Source: Nitrospirota bacterium (GTDB taxonomy: Bacteria; Nitrospirota; Thermodesulfovibrionia; Thermodesulfovibrionales; Dissulfurispiraceae). From it: a stretch of 64,000 nt of DNA. Position numbers and translations under genes: made by a program. Of this stretch, positions 33,766 to 43,254 are shown piece by piece; the stretch's first letter is position 1; the number at the start of each line of letters is the position of its first letter. The notes beneath the pieces were generated by a model that saw only the letters and a list, made by a program, of their open reading frames with translations, was not told the DNA's origin and searched no databases. The stretch spans positions 352,001 to 416,000 of the forward strand of contig CAWBMP010000002.1 of the NCBI GenBank assembly GCA_963790025.1, given 5' to 3'.

Positions 33766-36447
33766 ATGTCAATCAAACATCTGGACGTTTTTTTTAATCC
33801 ACGAAGCGTTGCAGTTATTGGTGCCAGCGAGGACAAGAAAGCCATTGGATACCGTGTTCTTAGAAACCTGATTGGTAAGGGCTTCAAAGGGATTGTGTAT
33901 CCTGTTAACCCGCATACGGAGGGAGTGCAGGGTATTTTATCATACAAGAATATCAACGATATCCATAATCCTGTAGATTTAGCCATAGTTGCCTCTCATC
34001 CTGAAACCTTCTCTGACATACTGGATGAATGCGGACAGAAGAATGTGAAGGGCGTGATTATTTTATCGCTTGCCCTTGAGTCAGCAATCGAAGATCCCAA
34101 AACCCTCTATGCTCAAATCAAAGAGTTCTCCTCAAAATACGGTTACAGAATTTTGGGACCTAATTCACTTGGTTTTTTGAGGCCCGACATAAATCTGAAC
34201 GCCAGTCTTTTACCCAAGTCGCCGCCTAAAGGCAACATCGCCTTTATTTCACAAGGCAGCATTTTTGCGTCGGCATTTTTGGAACGCGCGATGAGCAAAA
34301 ATGTCGGGTTCAGTTATTTCATTTCATTGGGCGACAAACTGGATATCACTATTTCAGATCTCATCGATTTTCTGGGCAGTGATCCTCATACCAGAGCAAT
34401 AGTTCTCCATGTGCGGGAAATAAAGGATGGCAGAAGATTTATGACCGCAGCGCGAAGCTTTGCAAGTAGTAAGCCTATCGTAATTGTCAAGTCGGGCAAT
34501 CCGGACATTTCCTCCTCTGTTTCACTGACACATTCAGGCATTCTCGCCTCTGAAAACAAAATCTATGAGGCTGCTTTTAAACGGGCAGGAGCTGTACAGG
34601 TAGATGATATGGTTGACCTTTTATATATGATAGAGACCCTTGCAAAACAAGATCGCCCCAAAGGAAAACGCCTGGCCGTTATTTCAAATTCCATTGCGCC
34701 GGCTGACATGGCTGCTGACATGCTTTTGAAGCGTGGCGGAGAACTGGCTAAGCTGGGAAACCATGCGTGGAAGAGTAAAAGAAACAAACTTCCGATTACA
34801 AGACAAATTCAAAATCCAATGGATCTTGATCCGGATGCGGTACCTGCTGACTATATGGCGGCATTAAAAAACTGTTTAATGAATGAAGATGTCGATGGTA
34901 TCTTGTTGATCTATGTTCCGTTCTATGGCATAGATGCCAAAGATATCGCGGGAGCAATAGTTTCTGCCGCAATGACGAATCCACATGTCCCCATATTTAC
35001 AACATGGCTGGGGGGTGAAACGGTGCTCGATGCCATGCAATTTCTCAACAGTAAAAATATCCCAACCTATTTTACGCCGGAACAGGCGGTAAAATGTTTT
35101 ATGTATATGCACCAATATGGCAATAATTTGGAGCTTATGAGGGAGACCCCTGAGATTATTCTGAAGGATTTTATACCGGACATCGGACTGGCAGAGGAGA
35201 TTATCAGGGATGCTGCAAAGAGAGACAGACGATCACTTCATTTAGATGAAGTCACTGAAATACTTGAAGCATATGGCATCCCTGTAGCAAAGACATTAAG
35301 AATCTCAAGTGAAGAGGATGCCTTGCGGGAAGCTGAGAGGATCGGCTATCCGGTAGTTCTGAAAATAGATTTCGGGATCGTCTCTCACACACTCCCAAAA
35401 GAGGTTGTCCGTGCAAACCTGAAGGACGAACTCGAAGTCAGAGAGGCCTTTGCGTCTCTCAGAAAACTGACTTCACTTTTTGGGGATACCTGTGCAGATT
35501 TGATAATACAACCTATGATTATAGAACAAGGGTGTGAACTGGCTATCGGAGCAAAAAAAAGTTCGAATTTTGGCACGGTGATAGTATTCGGGATGGGAGG
35601 GGTATTCCGGGGTGCCTTGATGGATTATTCGATGGGGCTGCCGCCCCTTAATCAGACTGTTGCAAGACAAATAATGGAGGGCACCAAAATCTACCAATAT
35701 CTGAAAGGGCTGAATCTCTTTACGGCTTCTTTAAGACATCTTGAACAAGTATTGATCAGATTTTCTCAATTGATAGTCGACTTTCCCCAAATTGAAGAAA
35801 TTGATATTAACCCGTTCTCCCTAACAGAAGAAAGAGGCATTGTCCTGGCTGCAAGTATGTATATCGATCTGAAAATGCACAAGGAAGGCACGTGGAACAA
35901 AGGAGATCTTTTCCCCCCGCATCTTGCGATACCTCCCTATCCCTTTAAATATATGCGTGAACTATCGCTTAAGGATGGAACTGACATTCTCATACGACCT
36001 ATCCGCGGGGAAGATGAACCAGCAATGGGTCATTTTTTTGAATCACTGTCAGAAAAGTCAGTTGCTTACCGGTTTTGCCAGCTGCGCATTAATATGCCAC
36101 ATGAAAAGTTAGTCAGATTCTGTCAGATTGACTATGACCGCGATTTAGCTTTCATTGCGGTTCTTAAAGGGAACGAGAAAGAAATCATTGGAGATGTGAG
36201 GATGAACAAACTGCCTGACCTTGAAAGTGCGGAGCTTTCATTTGTGGTATCCGACCAATATCAGGGTAAAGGAGTTGGCAATGTGCTTATGGATTATTGC
36301 ATTGGAGTAGCCAGAGAAATTGGTTTGAAGTCAATTTGGATGGAAATTCTGAAAGACAATATCAGGATGATAAATTTTGGAGAGAAATATGGTTTCGAAC
36401 AGACATATGATGATGAAGATATGATAAAAGTGGCATTGCGGCTTTAA
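33766..36447 (+). CDS. Pat/YfiQ-type protein lysine acetyltransferase (acyl-CoA synthetase-like domains + C-terminal GNAT)
   Basis: PRSVAVIGAS, RILGPNSLG, GYPVVLK, EIDINP, IDYDRD, QGKGVG. Confidence 0.9.
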   Translation: MSIKHLDVFFNPRSVAVIGASEDKKAIGYRVLRNLIGKGFKGIVYPVNPHTEGVQGILSYKNINDIHNPVDLAIVASHPETFSDILDECGQKNVKGVIILSLALESAIEDPKTLYAQIKEFSSKYGYRILGPNSLGFLRPDINLNASLLPKSPPKGNIAFISQGSIFASAFLERAMSKNVGFSYFISLGDKLDITISDLIDFLGSDPHTRAIVLHVREIKDGRRFMTAARSFASSKPIVIVKSGNPDISSSVSLTHSGILASENKIYEAAFKRAGAVQVDDMVDLLYMIETLAKQDRPKGKRLAVISNSIAPADMAADMLLKRGGELAKLGNHAWKSKRNKLPITRQIQNPMDLDPDAVPADYMAALKNCLMNEDVDGILLIYVPFYGIDAKDIAGAIVSAAMTNPHVPIFTTWLGGETVLDAMQFLNSKNIPTYFTPEQAVKCFMYMHQYGNNLELMRETPEIILKDFIPDIGLAEEIIRDAAKRDRRSLHLDEVTEILEAYGIPVAKTLRISSEEDALREAERIGYPVVLKIDFGIVSHTLPKEVVRANLKDELEVREAFASLRKLTSLFGDTCADLIIQPMIIEQGCELAIGAKKSSNFGTVIVFGMGGVFRGALMDYSMGLPPLNQTVARQIMEGTKIYQYLKGLNLFTASLRHLEQVLIRFSQLIVDFPQIEEIDINPFSLTEERGIVLAASMYIDLKMHKEGTWNKGDLFPPHLAIPPYPFKYMRELSLKDGTDILIRPIRGEDEPAMGHFFESLSEKSVAYRFCQLRINMPHEKLVRFCQIDYDRDLAFIAVLKGNEKEIIGDVRMNKLPDLESAELSFVVSDQYQGKGVGNVLMDYCIGVAREIGLKSIWMEILKDNIRMINFGEKYGFEQTYDDEDMIKVALRL

Positions 36448-36807
36448 GTTAAGAATACCCCGGTCTCAAATAAATGCTTTCGTGGAGGAGAAGTTCTTCT
36501 TGATATAATATTCATGGCCGGGAAGTAAAATCCGGAAAACTACAGATTATTTAGTACTATTTGCTCTGCCACTCCTTGCCATGGCATCTGCCTTTGCCTT
36601 TCTCTACTTGTCAATTGTAAAACCAGCAAATCAGGTCGTAGCATTCGTCAATGCCTTTTCATCTGACGGAGGACTCTGTCGGAGGGAGAGCGTGCAGCAT
36701 TATCCTGAACCGTCTATAGGGTTTGCGCTCAAGTTCTGCAATAACCTCAGCACCCAACAAAAGGATTAGCGGGCCGCACGTGAATGGTTTCTTTTCCGTC
36801 TTGACCC

Positions 36808-37479
36808 TTACTTGACTTCTTCTTCGGGGTGTGTCATATGCCTTATCATTTTGCCAGCTGCAAGATAAATCGCCATCTCGGCAATATTGGTGGCATGGTC
36901 GGCGATACGCTCGAGATTCTGGGCCACAAAGCTTATTTTCATTGCCCTTGTTACTGTCGTTGGGTCCTTTACCATAAAAAGAATTAATTCATTTTGAACT
37001 TCATTCCTCAGATCATCGATTTCATCGTCTCTCATGATAACATCCATCGCCAATTTTTTGTCCCCTTTTACAAAGGCGTCAAGTGCGTCTCTTGTCATTC
37101 CCTGGGCAATCTCTCTCATTCTCGGGACATCGATATACGGTTTCAGCAGGGGCTCTTCATTGAGTTGAAGGGCCCTATGAGCAATATTGACTGCGAGATC
37201 ACCCATCCTTTCGAGGTCGGTGGTGATCTTCATTGCCGTTGTTATAAATCTCAAGTCGCTTGCCTTAGGCTGCATAAGTGCAATGAGGCGAATGCACTCC
37301 TCATCTATTTGGATATCAAACATGTTGATCTGATGATCTTTCTCGATTATACTTTGGGCGAGATCATTGTCCCTGTCGACGAGCGCCCTCACCGAATCCT
37401 TGATGGCATTTTCAACCATGGACCCCATCATAAGGACCTTTTCTTTAAGCCGCAGCAATTCCTCATCGAAAATGGACAT
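36808..37479 (-). CDS. phoU: Phosphate signalling protein PhoU
   Basis: QPKASDLR, DLERMGD, LERIADHATNIAE. Confidence 0.97.
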   Translation of the reverse strand: MSIFDEELLRLKEKVLMMGSMVENAIKDSVRALVDRDNDLAQSIIEKDHQINMFDIQIDEECIRLIALMQPKASDLRFITTAMKITTDLERMGDLAVNIAHRALQLNEEPLLKPYIDVPRMREIAQGMTRDALDAFVKGDKKLAMDVIMRDDEIDDLRNEVQNELILFMVKDPTTVTRAMKISFVAQNLERIADHATNIAEMAIYLAAGKMIRHMTHPEEEVK

Positions 37480-38243
37480 TATCCAAACCTCCCCGTAATA
37501 TAATCTTCCGTAAGCTTTTCAGACGGAGCAGTGAACATTTTATCGGTCCTGTCAAATTCAATCAGCTCTCCGAGCATCATAAACCCCGTCCAGTCGGATA
37601 TCCGGGCCGCCTGCTGCATATTGTGCGTTACGATTATTATTGTAACATTATTTTTCAACTGAACTATGAGCTCTTCTATCTTACTGGTTGAGATAGGATC
37701 CAGGGCGGAAGTCGGCTCATCGAAAAGAAGTACGTGCGGCTCAACCGCCAGCGCCCTGGCAATAACAAGCCGCTGCTGCTGTCCGCCCGATAAATCATAT
37801 GCGCTAACATTAAGTTTGTCCCTTACTTCATCCCAAAGGGCAGCATTTTTTAGGGCCTTTTCAACTCGTTCCGACAGTTCGGAACGATTAGTGACGCCCT
37901 TTAATTTAAGCCCGTACGCAATATTATCGAATATAGTCATCGGGAAGGGGGTAGGCTTCTGAAAGACCATGCCGATTCTGCTCCTCAGCTTGATGACATC
38001 GACGTCATTCGAAAGAATATTCTTTCCTTCGAAGACTATCTGTCCTTCGTATCTGTTCTTGGGATAAAGGTCATGCATACGGTTAAAACACCTGAGCAGA
38101 GTGGTTTTCCCGCAACCGGAAGGTCCGATCAAGGCAGTCACCCCCATTTTATGGGCGGACAGGCTGACCTGTTTTAATGAATGGATAGTACCCGAATAAT
38201 AAAAATTCAGCTCTTTTGCTTCTATTTCGACCATATCGGACAC
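37479..38243 (-). CDS. pstB: Phosphate ABC transporter ATPase (start uncertain)
   Basis: [38 protein letters not shown]. Confidence 0.97.
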   Translation of the reverse strand: MSDMVEIEAKELNFYYSGTIHSLKQVSLSAHKMGVTALIGPSGCGKTTLLRCFNRMHDLYPKNRYEGQIVFEGKNILSNDVDVIKLRSRIGMVFQKPTPFPMTIFDNIAYGLKLKGVTNRSELSERVEKALKNAALWDEVRDKLNVSAYDLSGGQQQRLVIARALAVEPHVLLFDEPTSALDPISTSKIEELIVQLKNNVTIIIVTHNMQQAARISDWTGFMMLGELIEFDRTDKMFTAPSEKLTEDYITGRFG

Positions 38244-39082
38244 TATTTGTACCTCCATTTAATAATGAGTCTGCCTGCAATGGTAATCAGGAGAATGAAC
38301 ACCGTTATGATAAAAGCGGCGCCCCATGCCTGCGTGTGCCATTCTTCATAGGGGCCCATTGCGTACTGGAATATTGAAGCAGTTAATGACGCGACCGACC
38401 CCCGCATGTCGGTGGAAAAGAACGAATTGTTAAACGAAGTAAAAAGCAGCGGGGCTGTCTCACCGGCGACCCTGGCAATAGAAAGCAATATTCCGGTGAA
38501 AATGCCTGTGGCAGCGCCTCTGTAAACAACATCTATTATTACCTTGTAGTATGGCGCTCCAAGCGCAAAGGCCGCCTCCCTCAGCGTCCAGGGCACAAGG
38601 GAAAGCATGTCTTCAGTCGTCCTCAAAACAACGGGGATCATGATAACCGCCAGGGCGACTGCTCCGGCCCAGCCGTTGAAATGCCCGACAGGCTTTACCA
38701 TTATTGCATAGATAAAAGTGCCTACTACTATGGAAGGTACGCTTACCATGATATCAGAAAGTATGCTTATGGACCGGGCTATCCTAGTTCCCCTTGCATA
38801 TTCGGCAAGAAATGTGCCTCCCAGAACACCTATGGGCACACCTATTAATGTAGCAAAGCTGGTTATCATCAACTGCCCTACGAAGGCATTGCGAAGACCG
38901 CCGCCGGCGACACCCACGGGAGTCGGATCATTAAGGAATAAGCTCGGAGTAAGGGCGCCTATGCCGTGCACGAGTACATCGCCGAGAATAAAGACAAGCC
39001 AGAACATTCCTGACAGGGCGGCAAGAGTGCTCAATGCGAGGGCAGCAAGGCTTTCGGCTTTTCTTTTCTGATCGATGTTCAT
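38243..39082 (-). CDS. pstA: Phosphate ABC transporter permease PstA
   Basis: [25 protein letters not shown]. Confidence 0.96.
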   Translation of the reverse strand: MNIDQKRKAESLAALALSTLAALSGMFWLVFILGDVLVHGIGALTPSLFLNDPTPVGVAGGGLRNAFVGQLMITSFATLIGVPIGVLGGTFLAEYARGTRIARSISILSDIMVSVPSIVVGTFIYAIMVKPVGHFNGWAGAVALAVIMIPVVLRTTEDMLSLVPWTLREAAFALGAPYYKVIIDVVYRGAATGIFTGILLSIARVAGETAPLLFTSFNNSFFSTDMRGSVASLTASIFQYAMGPYEEWHTQAWGAAFIITVFILLITIAGRLIIKWRYK

Positions 39083-40020
39083 CGGGAATATCTTCTCTCA
39101 GCCTTGAGCAGGAAAAACTTTGCTATTGCAAGAACGATAAAACTCATTACGAAAAGGACAAGGGCCAGATAAAAAAGTGACGATAGATAGAGGTCTTTAT
39201 CGGCCTCGGTAAATTCATTGGCAAGCGTTACGGTAATGGTTGCAGCGGCATCAAAGAGCGACGTGGTAATCTGGTGATTATTTCCAAGGACAAAAGCCAC
39301 TGCCATAGTCTCGCCGAGCGCCCTGCCAAGGGATAGAACGACTCCTCCGTAAACACCGAGTTTTGAGTAAGGCAGTACAACGTTTTTCACAACCTCCCAT
39401 CTAGTTGCGCCGATGGCGTAAGCGGATTCCTTCACCACGGAAGGCGTCAAATTGAAAGAATCCCTTGAAATACTCGCAGTGAACGGTATAATCATAATGC
39501 TCAGGATGACACTCGCCGTCAGGATGTCGATGCCCATTGGGGTGCCGCTGAACAATATTCCGACTACGGGCAATGCGCCGAAGGTCTTCTGAAGAGCGGG
39601 TTCTATATACTTTGACATGATGGGGGCCAGTGTGAACAGCCCCCACATGCCGTAAATGATACTGGGTATTGCCGCCAGCAGTTCGATAGCGATCCCGATT
39701 GGTCCCTTCATGAAATTAGGAGCTATTTCAGTGACGAAAATAGCGATCCCGATAGCAAGCGGAATTGCAATTATGAGAGCGAGCACTGTTGTAACAAAAG
39801 TCCCGAAAATGGTAGTCGCAGCCCCGAAAGATTCTTTTACAGGGTCCCAATCGGTGGATTTCAGGAAATTTATGACGCCGAAATGGCCGATAGCCAGCGA
39901 CGATTCCCGTATAAGCACGTATAAAATGCCCAAAATCAAAAGAACTACCACTGAAGATGCTAATGCGGTGACAATAGAAAATGCGAAATCAGCAGAGTTC
40001 TTCTTATCAAGAATTGGCAA
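39079..40020 (-). CDS. pstC: Phosphate ABC transporter permease PstC
   Basis: ELLAAIPSIIYGMWG, GRALGETMAV. Confidence 0.96.
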   Translation of the reverse strand: MPILDKKNSADFAFSIVTALASSVVVLLILGILYVLIRESSLAIGHFGVINFLKSTDWDPVKESFGAATTIFGTFVTTVLALIIAIPLAIGIAIFVTEIAPNFMKGPIGIAIELLAAIPSIIYGMWGLFTLAPIMSKYIEPALQKTFGALPVVGILFSGTPMGIDILTASVILSIMIIPFTASISRDSFNLTPSVVKESAYAIGATRWEVVKNVVLPYSKLGVYGGVVLSLGRALGETMAVAFVLGNNHQITTSLFDAAATITVTLANEFTEADKDLYLSSLFYLALVLFVMSFIVLAIAKFFLLKAERRYSR

Positions 40021-40050
40021 ACAGCTTGCTCCTTTTTGAAGAAATTAATC

Positions 40051-40125
40051 AAATGTTGAACGTTAAATGTTGCCGAGCACTCAAAGCGCCTGTGATTAGC
40101 GTGTTGAGCGCTCGGCAACATTTAA
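40051..40125. repeat. Long hairpin with heptamer (RAAYGTT) units between pstS and pstC
   Basis: 16-bp perfect stem TTAAATGTTGCCGAGC (40063-40078)/GCTCGGCAACATTTAA (40110-40125). Confidence 0.8.
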
Positions 40126-40140
40126 TATCAAGAAGCAACT

Positions 40141-40178
40141 AAAAGGGTCAGGATATATAATACATGCCTGACCCTTTT
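40141..40178 (-). terminator. Hairpin after pstS (terminator or mRNA stabiliser)
   Basis: AAAAGGGTCAGG/CCTGACCCTTTT inverted repeat. Confidence 0.75.
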
Positions 40179-40191
40179 AATTCAATTAACT

Positions 40192-41202
40192 TTAATACAC
40201 GCCATACTCTTTCCAGTAGGCCCTGACCTTGTTCTTTAGGCCTTTGGGAAGCGGCACGTAAATCAGCTCTTTTGCTTTTGCATCCCCGTTCTTGAATGCC
40301 CAATCATAAAACTTAACGGCTTTCATAGCGCTTTCCTTTTTATCCTTGGCAAGCAGAATAAAGGTTGCGCCTGCGATTGGCCAGGAGTTCTTGCCAGGGG
40401 CATTAACGAGCCAGAGATCAAAGTCTTTTTTCGGATCGAAATTCGCTGAGGCAGCAGCATCTTCAAAGGCTTCGAAGCTCGGCTGGATAACTTTTCCTGC
40501 CGAATTTTTCAGCGCTGTATACGCCAGCTTGTTCTGTATTGCATAGGCAAATTCGACGTAGCCGATAGAATTCGGGGCCTGTTTTACATAGTTGGACACT
40601 CCCTCATTCCCCTTACCGCCTATACCGATTGGAAACTTTACAGATGTGCCTGCTCCAACTTTTGTTTTCCACGCAGGACACACATCGCTGAGATAATTGG
40701 TAAATATCGCGGTGGTACCGGAGCCGTCAGACCTATGGACAATGGAAATTTCACTGTGCGGCAATTGAACAGTCGGATTTAGGGACTTGATCTTTGCATC
40801 ATCCCAGAATTTTATCTCGCCAAGATATGCTTTGCATATGGAATCGGAGTCAAGTTTTAATTCGCCGGCTTTTAAGCCAGGCATGCTGACCACTAGAACG
40901 ACCCCTCCCATGACGGCAGGGAACTGGATCAAACCGTCTTTCTTGAGTTGTTCAGAGCTGAGAGGTGCATCGGATGCTCCGAAATCGACCGTCCGGGCTG
41001 AAATCTGCCTGATACCTCCGCCTGAGCCGATGGACTGGTAATTGATCCTGACGCCCGTAGCCTTCTGATAATCATAAGCCCAGGACTGATATACCGGGGC
41101 AGGGAATGATGCACCTGCGCCATTTATTATGTCCTCTGCATGCACCATGCTAAATGACAAGATACAAGCCACTGCTAAAATCAAACTTATTACTGATTTC
41201 AT
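40192..41202 (-). CDS. pstS: Phosphate-binding protein PstS
   Basis: GAGASFP, YQSIGSGGG, VDFGASD, RSDGSGTT, GNEGV. Confidence 0.97.
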   Translation of the reverse strand: MKSVISLILAVACILSFSMVHAEDIINGAGASFPAPVYQSWAYDYQKATGVRINYQSIGSGGGIRQISARTVDFGASDAPLSSEQLKKDGLIQFPAVMGGVVLVVSMPGLKAGELKLDSDSICKAYLGEIKFWDDAKIKSLNPTVQLPHSEISIVHRSDGSGTTAIFTNYLSDVCPAWKTKVGAGTSVKFPIGIGGKGNEGVSNYVKQAPNSIGYVEFAYAIQNKLAYTALKNSAGKVIQPSFEAFEDAAASANFDPKKDFDLWLVNAPGKNSWPIAGATFILLAKDKKESAMKAVKFYDWAFKNGDAKAKELIYVPLPKGLKNKVRAYWKEYGVY

Positions 41203-41240
41203 AGTTATTCCTCCTTTTGTTAGAGCAACTTGGTTATCAT

Positions 41241-41295
41241 AGCATAAGACTTTTTTGTTACGGGAATGTTACAGGAGAGTTAAAAATATATTACA
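41241..41295 (-). promoter_or_regulatory. Pho-box-like array plus -10, pstS
   Basis: Plus-strand hexamers gttacg/gttaca/gttaaa/attaca at 41257, 41268, 41279, 41290; TATGCT 10 nt downstream. Confidence 0.85.
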
Positions 41296-41396
41296 ATCAC
41301 CTCCCGTTATTCATTTTATTCATAAATACAACAGCTTGCTCCATGAGGTAGAGGGCTAAAGGCTAATGTCTAACGAGACGTGCGCCCTTTGTGGCC

Positions 41397-41585
41397 TTAA
41401 AAAAAAGGACATTTCTTATGCTGTTTACTCTTACAATATTCTTCGAGCTGAAACAGACTTGGCACATATGGTGCCTCGCCTGCCTGGCAAGTATATATAA
41501 GCCATTTGGTAAGATAGGGGCATTTCAGGCGCTTGGATTCAACTTTTACAAATCCGTCTTCCCTTCTTGCCGTGCCGCTTATCAT
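41397..41585 (-). CDS. 4-Cys microprotein, copy 1
   Basis: CPYL..C-x17-C-x7-CPFF; paralogous to 50929 and 51281. Confidence 0.7.
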   Translation of the reverse strand: MISGTARREDGFVKVESKRLKCPYLTKWLIYTCQAGEAPYVPSLFQLEEYCKSKQHKKCPFF

Positions 41586-41591
41586 GTGACG

Positions 41592-41846
41592 TTACCCCAT
41601 TCCGATTGCAGCGAGAATTGCCTTGTTAGTTACCATTTCTTTCACATAGTTCTCTATATTAACGAGAGCGGGATCATAGGTGATAACAAGGCTGCCGGTA
41701 ACCGGATTGGCACGGATATCTTTAATACCGTCAGGGACAGGAAGAGCCGACAATTCTTTCAATGTTGCAATAGAAAGTTTCCTGATTATCGGCACCTGCA
41801 ACCTGATGCGTCCAGGAACATGGTGTACCACCTTATAGTCGATCAT
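41592..41846 (-). CDS. Stand-alone HMA_2-domain protein
   Basis: HHVPGRIRL...GI..I.ANPVTGSLVITYD. Confidence 0.85.
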   Translation of the reverse strand: MIDYKVVHHVPGRIRLQVPIIRKLSIATLKELSALPVPDGIKDIRANPVTGSLVITYDPALVNIENYVKEMVTNKAILAAIGMG

Positions 41847-41872
41847 CCACGCACCCCTTGACTTTCTTATTC

Positions 41873-41928
41873 ATTAAATCATAACTATTCTTACAAAATG
41901 ATGAATTTGTTGTTACAACTTAATGACA
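41873..41928 (-). promoter_or_regulatory. Pho-box-like array
   Basis: cttaca/atgaat/gttaca/atgaca at 41890, 41901, 41912, 41923; TTTAAT 11 nt downstream. Confidence 0.65.
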
Positions 41929-42060
41929 TTTCAGCAGAGATACGCGATGCAAGGTGATAGGCCAAAGGTAAAAGGTCAAAGAATTTATAACAGCCTATCT
42001 ATAAATGGGTAGGCGGTGTATAGGCCTAACGGCCTGAACAATTCATTTTTCGATAATGCG

Positions 42061-43254
42061 TTACTGTGATTTAAGCAGGTGGGCTTTATCGGTAATTTCC
42101 CATGGCAGCCCTATATCCATCCTGCCGACGTGTCCATAAGCTGCAAGCTTCCTGTAGAAACCTCCTTTAATCGCTGAAGGGAGGCGTCTCAGCTGAAACT
42201 GCCTTACAATACCTGCAAGCCTGAAATCGAAGTTTTTATCAACCAGGTCGGCAATAACAGTATCGGACAGTCTGCCGGTGCCGAACGTCTCTACCTGAAT
42301 GCTCACCGGATGGGCAAGTCCTATCGAATAACTGAGCTGGATTTCGCACTCGTCAGCAAGACCGGCCGCAACCACATTCTTTGCGGCGTAACGCGCCGCA
42401 TATGCGCCGATCCGGTCAATTCTCATCGGGTCCTTGCCGCTGAGCGCTGCACCGCTGTGGCGAGAGTACTCCCCATATGTATCAATAGCATTCTTTCTCC
42501 CGGTAAGCCCCGAATGGATTGACGGGCCTCCGGTAATAAACTGGCCGTCGGGATTGACGAAAATCCTGGTATCCTTATCCGGCTTCACGGCCTCATCATG
42601 GAATACATTGTCGATAATGGCCTCCCGTACATCACTGGTTAACTGTTTCAGATCAGGACCTGTGCCCTTCCTCTGGCTCGCAATTACCGTTATGCTGTGT
42701 ATCCTGTGAGGACGACGGTCTTTGAACTCCACACCCACCTGGGTTTTGCCGTCCTGGGAAAGATACGGAAGTATCTTCTGAAGTCTCGCTGAAGTGAGCC
42801 GTCTTGCGAGTTTGTGCGCCAGCCATATTGGAAGCGGCATAAATGCGGGAGTTTGCTTACAGGCGAAACCAAAAACCGTAACCTGATTTTTTACCGGGAC
42901 ACTGTCTATTTCACTCTCCGTCATCTCCCGTTCATCAAAACAGCAATCCGGGTCGCGGGGCGATTCTTTGAGGCTTGTTAAAATACTGCACGTTTTCCCG
43001 TTGAATTCCTGCCGTTCATAGCCAATCTGGCTTATCACCTGGCGGGCTATATAGGGGAAGTCCACATAAGCATCTGAGGAGTATCTGGCCGCAATAAAGA
43101 GAATGGAAGTCGAGACGGCGCATTCTGCTATAACGCGCGAGTACGGGTCCTGCTGGAGAAAGTGGTCTACGATAGCATCGCTTATCTGGTCACATAGTTT
43201 ATCTGGGTGCCCCTCGGTCACAGATTCGGATGTAAACATGAAATCTTTTTTCAT
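42061..43254 (-). CDS. Divergent S-adenosylmethionine synthetase (MetK) paralogue
   Basis: FTSESVTEGHPDK, GLTGRK, SGKDP, AAYGH present; GAGDQG signature replaced by PVKNQV. Confidence 0.9.
   Translation of the reverse strand: MKKDFMFTSESVTEGHPDKLCDQISDAIVDHFLQQDPYSRVIAECAVSTSILFIAARYSSDAYVDFPYIARQVISQIGYERQEFNGKTCSILTSLKESPRDPDCCFDEREMTESEIDSVPVKNQVTVFGFACKQTPAFMPLPIWLAHKLARRLTSARLQKILPYLSQDGKTQVGVEFKDRRPHRIHSITVIASQRKGTGPDLKQLTSDVREAIIDNVFHDEAVKPDKDTRIFVNPDGQFITGGPSIHSGLTGRKNAIDTYGEYSRHSGAALSGKDPMRIDRIGAYAARYAAKNVVAAGLADECEIQLSYSIGLAHPVSIQVETFGTGRLSDTVIADLVDKNFDFRLAGIVRQFQLRRLPSAIKGGFYRKLAAYGHVGRMDIGLPWEITDKAHLLKSQ

Noticed and set aside
36450..36800. 62-aa ORF or ncRNA between the Pat-like gene and phoU
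   Set aside because: No SD, motif or recognisable RNA structure
41950..42036. Weak heptamer-like repeats downstream of the MetK paralogue
   Set aside because: Too degenerate to assign confidently to the palindrome family
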